Of a stretch of DNA of 64,000 bases, positions 59,395 to 64,000 are shown in pieces. The notes beneath the pieces were generated by a model. That model was not told the origin of the DNA and did not search any database. It saw only the letters and a program-made list of their open reading frames with translations. Position 1 is the first letter of the stretch. Every line of letters begins with the position of its first letter. Origin of the DNA: Candidatus Levybacteria bacterium GW2011_GWA1_37_16 (GTDB lineage: Bacteria; Patescibacteriota; Microgenomatia; Levybacterales; UBA12049). Where the stretch lies: assembly GCA_943357985.1 (NCBI GenBank), contig CALRGR010000001.1:14731-78730 (forward strand), in the 5' to 3' direction. A program made the translations under genes and the position numbers.

Positions 59395-60121
59395 TAAAGT
59401 CAAAAGTCAAAAGTCAAAAGTCAAAAGTTTGGTAGTAACAAAAAAAGCAGTTGCTAGAAAAAAAGTTAACGCTTTGAGTGCACAGGTTTTTGATGTAACA
59501 GGAAAAGCTGCAGGATCTTTTGAATTACCAAAAGAAATCTTTGGAGCAGAGGTTAACAAGCCTCTTATTGCGCAAGCTGTCAGAGTATATCTTGCAAATC
59601 AAAGACAGGGTACATCTTCAACCAAATCCAGAGGAGAAATTACTGCTTCAACAAGGAAGATTTGGAGACAAAAAGGAACAGGAAGAGCAAGGCATGGAGC
59701 ATTATCGGCACCTATTTTTGTTGGAGGAGGAGTGGCTCATGGTCCAAAGCCAAGGGATTATTCTCTAAAACTTCCTAAAAAAATGAAAAAACTTGCACTT
59801 ATTAGTGCATTATCTGCAAAGCAGCAAGATGGGCATATAAAAGTATTAGCAGGACTTGAAAAAATAGAGCCAAAGACAAAAAATGTTGCAGCGTTAATTA
59901 AAAAACTAGGACTTGAAAATAGCAAAGTGCTTTTGATAATTCCAGAAGGAGTTAAAAAAGGATTCGAAAATGTTTACAGAGCATCAAGAAATATAGAAAA
60001 TCTAAATATTTTGAACTCAAAAACACTTAATGCATATGAAGTTTTGGATAATAAGATGATTCTTTTTATGAAAGCTTCTATTGATGCTTTGAAAGAAAAT
60101 TTAACAAAGGAAAAAGAATGA
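59384..60121 (+). CDS. rplD: 50S ribosomal protein L4
   Basis: RQGTSSTKSRGE, RQKGTGRARHG, GGGVAHGPKPRDY. Confidence 0.98.
   Translation: MPVNKVKSQKSKVKSLVVTKKAVARKKVNALSAQVFDVTGKAAGSFELPKEIFGAEVNKPLIAQAVRVYLANQRQGTSSTKSRGEITASTRKIWRQKGTGRARHGALSAPIFVGGGVAHGPKPRDYSLKLPKKMKKLALISALSAKQQDGHIKVLAGLEKIEPKTKNVAALIKKLGLENSKVLLIIPEGVKKGFENVYRASRNIENLNILNSKTLNAYEVLDNKMILFMKASIDALKENLTKEKE
59396..59428. repeat. Heptamer tandem repeat (CAAAAGT)x4 translated as KVKSQKSKVKS
   Basis: Read directly; lies in the N-terminal extension of L4. Confidence 0.9.
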
Positions 60122-60417
60122 ATATAGCAGAAGTTATTATCGCACCAGTAATTAGTGAAAAGTCTATGAAAGACGCAGGCTTGGGCCGTTTTACTTTTAA
60201 AGTTGCAACGGGAGCAGATAAAAAAAATATTAGAAAAGCAGTGCAAGACAAGTTTAAAGTTACTGTTTTATCAGTTTCAACAATGAACGTTAAAGGTAGA
60301 CAGAAAAGATTTGGAGCAAGAAGAATTGAAGTTACACTTCCTTCTTGGAAAAAAGCAATAGTACAACTTAAATCTGGTGAAAAAATTGATTTATTTGAAG
60401 TTCCGGCGTCAAAATAA
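60118..60417 (+). CDS. rplW: 50S ribosomal protein L23
   Basis: PVISEKS, WKKAIVQL. Confidence 0.96.
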   Translation: MNIAEVIIAPVISEKSMKDAGLGRFTFKVATGADKKNIRKAVQDKFKVTVLSVSTMNVKGRQKRFGARRIEVTLPSWKKAIVQLKSGEKIDLFEVPASK

Positions 60418-60418
60418 T

Positions 60419-60468
60419 TATGACCCATTCGATAAACTCAGGGTCATACTGAACGGAGTTGAATGTAT
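60419..60468. repeat. Two inverted family A elements filling the rplW-rplB gap
   Basis: tatgaccc-attcgataaactca-gggtcata, then atac-tgaacggagttgaat-gtat, which overlaps the rplB ATG. Confidence 0.7.
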
Positions 60469-61207
60469 GAGAAAACTTAAAACTATTAAAAAGCAAATGT
60501 CAGGAAGAGACAGCGCAGGAAGAGTTGCAGTTAGGCATCAGGGTGGACAGCATAAAAGATTTATCAGAAATGTAGATTTTAGGCGCGATAAAAAGGACGT
60601 TTCAGGAAAAGTCGTTGGAATGGAATACGATCCAGGCAGAACCGCTGATGTAGCACTTGTGCATTATATAGATGGAGAAAAAAGATATATTTTGCGGCCT
60701 GAGGGTTTAAATTTGGGAGATGTTGTTATTTCCGGAAGAGAAGTTGAAATTAAAGTAGGAAACGCTTTGCCGTTGGAATTTTTGCCAATTGGTACGGTAG
60801 TTCACAATGTAGAGCTTATGCCAGGCCGCGGAGGGCAGCTTGCAAGAAGCGCAGGAGTATCGGCAGTTGTTGCAGCCAAGGAGGCTGGTCTGGTACACTT
60901 GAAACTTCCATCCGGAGAAATAAGAAAAGTAAGACAGCAATGTTTTGCAACCGTTGGCCAGCTTGGAAATATAGATTGGAAAAATGAAGTTATAGGATCA
61001 GCCGGTAGAAAAAGACACATGGGAATTAGGCCAACAGTTAGAGGAGTTGCCCAAAATCCTAGAAGTCATCCCCATGGAGGGGGAGAAGGAAAAAGCGGAA
61101 TTGGAATGAGTACGCCTAAGACTTTTGCCGGAAGACCTGCAGTTGGAAATACAAGAAGACCGAAGAAATATTCAAATAAATATATTGTTACAAAAAGAAA
61201 GAAATAG
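60467..61207 (+). CDS. rplB: 50S ribosomal protein L2 (short N-terminus)
   Basis: SGRDSAGRVAVRHQGG, EYDPGRTA, RPTVRGVAQNPRSHPHGGGEG; start MRKLKT. Confidence 0.97.
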   Translation: MRKLKTIKKQMSGRDSAGRVAVRHQGGQHKRFIRNVDFRRDKKDVSGKVVGMEYDPGRTADVALVHYIDGEKRYILRPEGLNLGDVVISGREVEIKVGNALPLEFLPIGTVVHNVELMPGRGGQLARSAGVSAVVAAKEAGLVHLKLPSGEIRKVRQQCFATVGQLGNIDWKNEVIGSAGRKRHMGIRPTVRGVAQNPRSHPHGGGEGKSGIGMSTPKTFAGRPAVGNTRRPKKYSNKYIVTKRKK

Positions 61208-61231
61208 CCCGTTTACGGGCTCAGGGTAATT

Positions 61232-61516
61232 ATGAGTAGATCGTCTAAAAAAGGACCATACATAGATAAAAATCTTGCTAAAAAGATTCTAAAACAAAAA
61301 GAGACAGGAGATAAGTCTGTAATTAAAACATGGGCAAGAGCAAGCCAAATTCCTCCAGAATTTGTTGGGCATACATTTGGAGTTCATAATGGTAAAGTTT
61401 TTATAAACGTTTTGGTAACTGAAGGAATGGTTGGACACAGGCTTGGAGAATTTTCGCAAACCAGAACTTTTAGAAGTCACGGAAGAGTTGTTTCAAGAGA
61501 AGTATCAAAAACATAA
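61232..61516 (+). CDS. rpsS: 30S ribosomal protein S19
   Basis: [30 protein letters not shown]. Confidence 0.98.
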   Translation: MSRSSKKGPYIDKNLAKKILKQKETGDKSVIKTWARASQIPPEFVGHTFGVHNGKVFINVLVTEGMVGHRLGEFSQTRTFRSHGRVVSREVSKT

Positions 61517-61519
61517 CAT

Positions 61520-61861
61520 ATGGAAACTAATATAGCAGTTGCGCAAAGTAAGGGAGTTAGGGTTAGCACAAGGAAAGTAAGACTTGTTGCTGATTTAATT
61601 CGAAAAATGAGCATAGAACAGGCGTTGGCTACTCTTTCGCAGCTTAGTAAAAGAGGATCTGTTTCTTTGGATAAAACTATTAAAAGTGCTGTTGCAAATG
61701 CAACAAATAAAGGCATGGCAAAAGATAAGCTGTATATAAAAAGCTTGGAGATTAATCAAGCACCATCTCTTAAAAGATATCACCCATCGACCAGGGGAAG
61801 AATACATCCGTACAAAAGAAAAAGCTCTCATATAAAAGTAGTTTTGGAGGAAAGAAAATAA
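61520..61861 (+). CDS. rplV: 50S ribosomal protein L22
   Basis: RVSTRKVRLVADLIR, SAVANA, SSHIKVVL. Confidence 0.97.
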   Translation: METNIAVAQSKGVRVSTRKVRLVADLIRKMSIEQALATLSQLSKRGSVSLDKTIKSAVANATNKGMAKDKLYIKSLEINQAPSLKRYHPSTRGRIHPYKRKSSHIKVVLEERK

Positions 61862-62505
61862 TGGGACAAAAAATTAATCCAAATATATTGCGTCTTGGTC
61901 CAGTTTACAGCTGGCACAGTAGATGGTTTGATGATAAAAGATACAAAGATCTTTTGCTTGAAGATTACAAAGTAAGAAAAATATTAATGGATAGACTTAA
62001 AACTGCGGGAGTTTCAGATATTGAGATTGAAAGGTCCATTAATAATATCAACCTTATTATTTATGTTTCGCGTCCTGGGTTGGTTATTGGAAGAGCAGGA
62101 ACCGGACTTGAGGATTTGAGAAAATTTCTTACAACAATTCTTGCAAAAGGAAAAACCGTAAAAAATGTGCCAAAGTTGGATATTAGAGTAGAGCCAATTA
62201 AGGATGCTAATCTTGATGTCTATCTTGTTGCTAGGAATATTTCTGACCAGCTGATAAGGAGAATGCCTCATAAAAGACTTATGACTCAAGCAGTTGAAAG
62301 AGTTATGTCATCAGGCGCCAAAGGAGTAAGGATTATTTTATCAGGAAGAATAAACGGAGCAGAGATTGCAAGACGGGAGAAGATGCAAAAAGGAACGGTT
62401 CCACTTTCAACAATTAGAGAACACGTAACTTTTGCAAGCGTTCCATCTCTTACTAAAAAAGGTTATATCGGAGTGAAGGTTTGGATAAACAGGGGAGATA
62501 AATAA
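61861..62505 (+). CDS. rpsC: 30S ribosomal protein S3
   Basis: [34 protein letters not shown]. Confidence 0.98.
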   Translation: MGQKINPNILRLGPVYSWHSRWFDDKRYKDLLLEDYKVRKILMDRLKTAGVSDIEIERSINNINLIIYVSRPGLVIGRAGTGLEDLRKFLTTILAKGKTVKNVPKLDIRVEPIKDANLDVYLVARNISDQLIRRMPHKRLMTQAVERVMSSGAKGVRIILSGRINGAEIARREKMQKGTVPLSTIREHVTFASVPSLTKKGYIGVKVWINRGDK

Positions 62506-62506
62506 T

Positions 62507-62923
62507 ATGTTAGCACCAAAAAGAGCAAAATATAGAAAACAACAAAGAGGAAGTATGAAGGGAAATGCTCATTCTGGAACTAAGGTTTCTTTTGGAGAGT
62601 ATGGTATTTTAACGGAAGAGCAGGGCTGGATAACTAGTAGGCAAATTGAAGCAGCCAGACGTGCAATAACTCATTACATTGCAAGAGGTGGAAGAGTTTG
62701 GATAAGAATTTTTCCGGATAAGCCAATCACAAAAAAACCGGCCGAGACTAGAATGGGTGGAGGAAAGGGAGATATTTACGAACATGTTGCAAGAGTTTTG
62801 CCAGGAAGAATGCTTTTTGAAATGGGAGGAGTTTCAAAAGAGACGGCATTTCAAGCATTAAGGCTTGCTTCTCATAAATTGCCGGTATTAACAAGAATCG
62901 TTGCCAAGGAGGATCAAATTTAA
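62507..62923 (+). CDS. rplP: 50S ribosomal protein L16
   Basis: [25 protein letters not shown]. Confidence 0.98.
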   Translation: MLAPKRAKYRKQQRGSMKGNAHSGTKVSFGEYGILTEEQGWITSRQIEAARRAITHYIARGGRVWIRIFPDKPITKKPAETRMGGGKGDIYEHVARVLPGRMLFEMGGVSKETAFQALRLASHKLPVLTRIVAKEDQI

Positions 62924-63138
62924 TGAAATCAAGAAATATTAAAGATTTACACACAAAGACAATTGAAGAGCTTAAAGGCATGTATAAAAATTTAAAAAAT
63001 GAGGTTTTGCAGCTTAATTTAGAAAAAGCACAAAATAAACTTAAAGATACAAGGTCTATATTTTGGAAGAAAAAAGACATTGCAAGAATTTTAACAATTT
63101 TGAAAGAAAAGGAGCTTATGGATGAAAAAACTAATTGA
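62923..63138 (+). CDS. rpmC: 50S ribosomal protein L29
   Basis: KKDIARILTIL; position in the operon. Confidence 0.93.
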   Translation: MKSRNIKDLHTKTIEELKGMYKNLKNEVLQLNLEKAQNKLKDTRSIFWKKKDIARILTILKEKELMDEKTN

Positions 63139-63355
63139 AGGTAAGGTAATTTCGGTAAAAATGGGAAGTGTTGTAGTGGTTGAGGTAAAAAGAAAAATTC
63201 CTCATCCTCTTTACAAAAAACTTATTAACAAAAGTAAAAAATACAAAGCCCAAGTTGGAGATATAGAAGTATCTTTGGGAAACAAAGTTAGAATTGCGCA
63301 AACGCGTCCAATTTCAAAAGATACTCATTTTAAGATAATGGAGGTTATTAAATGA
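63122..63355 (+). CDS. rpsQ: 30S ribosomal protein S17
   Basis: HPLYKK, SKKYKA, TRPISK. Confidence 0.96.
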   Translation: MKKLIEGKVISVKMGSVVVVEVKRKIPHPLYKKLINKSKKYKAQVGDIEVSLGNKVRIAQTRPISKDTHFKIMEVIK

Positions 63356-63726
63356 TTCAACACAGGAGTATTTTAACAGTTGCGGATAATAGTGGAGCGA
63401 AATCGCTCTTGGTGATACAGGTTTTTGGCGGATCTAAGAGAAAATTTGGATTTATTGGTGACGTATTAAATTGTGTAGTTAAGGATGCCAACTCTACGGG
63501 TACTGTAAAAGATAGTCAAATAGTCAAAGCAATCCTCGTGCGTTCTAGAAAAGAATACAGGAGAGATGATGGTTCCTATATTAGATTTTCAGATAATGCG
63601 GCTGTTGTAATAGATAATGCAAAAGACAAAAATCCTGTTGGAACAAGAATATTTGGGCCAATAGCAAGAGAAGTAAAGGAAAAAGGGTTTGCAAAGATTG
63701 CAAGTATGGCAAGTGAGGTTATATAA
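63352..63726 (+). CDS. rplN: 50S ribosomal protein L14
   Basis: [32 protein letters not shown]. Confidence 0.99.
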   Translation: MIQHRSILTVADNSGAKSLLVIQVFGGSKRKFGFIGDVLNCVVKDANSTGTVKDSQIVKAILVRSRKEYRRDDGSYIRFSDNAAVVIDNAKDKNPVGTRIFGPIAREVKEKGFAKIASMASEVI

Positions 63727-63727
63727 T

Positions 63728-64000
63728 ATGAAACTTAAGAAAAACGATATAGTTACAGTTATGAAAGGTAAAGATAAAGGAAAAACAGAAAAGATTGAGA
63801 AAGTTTTTACGAAAGAAGGAAAAGTTTTAATAACGGGAGTAAATCAGTTCAAGAGACACATAAAAGGAAGAGCAGGGGGACAAAAATCTGAAATTACAAT
63901 CATCACAAAGCCAGTTTCTGTTGCAAACGTAAAACTTGTTTGCCCAAAGTGCAAAAAGTTGACTAGAGTTGGATATCTTGTTCAAAAGACAGGAAAAGTT
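63728..64000 (+). CDS. rplX: 50S ribosomal protein L24 (truncated by window end; not in ORF track)
   Basis: MKLKKNDIVTVMKGKDKGK (KOW)...VANVKLVCPKCKKLTRVGY. Confidence 0.95.
   Translation, partial: MKLKKNDIVTVMKGKDKGKTEKIEKVFTKEGKVLITGVNQFKRHIKGRAGGQKSEITIITKPVSVANVKLVCPKCKKLTRVGYLVQKTGKV

Overview
AT-rich bacterial chromosome segment using genetic code 11. Its gene content and architecture look like Patescibacteria (CPR), probably Microgenomates: short IF2 lacking the N-domain, AlaRS lacking C-Ala, a degenerate DHH protein after infB, a standalone AMP phosphorylase, and cohesin/PKD/PEGA surface proteins. The taxonomic call is an inference. The window is mostly housekeeping: rpsT, murJ, lepA, groES/EL, an envelope glycosylation cluster, tatD, metG, hrcA-grpE-dnaK-(PHP)-dnaJ, nusA-infB, rpsO-pnp-rnj, ftsK, mltG, sortase, alaS, nth, rpoBC, a fragmented str operon and the S10/spc ribosomal protein cluster. 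I saw no rRNA, tRNA or CRISPR array. The most striking unexplained signal is a set of more than 20 very short (about 19-48 nt) GC-rich, mostly palindromic elements in at least four sequence families. They occur in promoters and leaders and also in frame inside essential proteins (AlaRS three times, once in the catalytic-domain signature, plus GrpE, DnaK, DnaJ, MurJ, NusA and L3), where they add short peptides. Other observations are a recurrent -10/N6/start leaderless architecture, hairpin-plus-U-tract leaders in front of rpoB, fusA and rplC, a possible orphan DGR target gene, an IS481-type remnant, and several single-lesion pseudogenes. All calls come from reading the sequence and the ORF track; no database searches were run.
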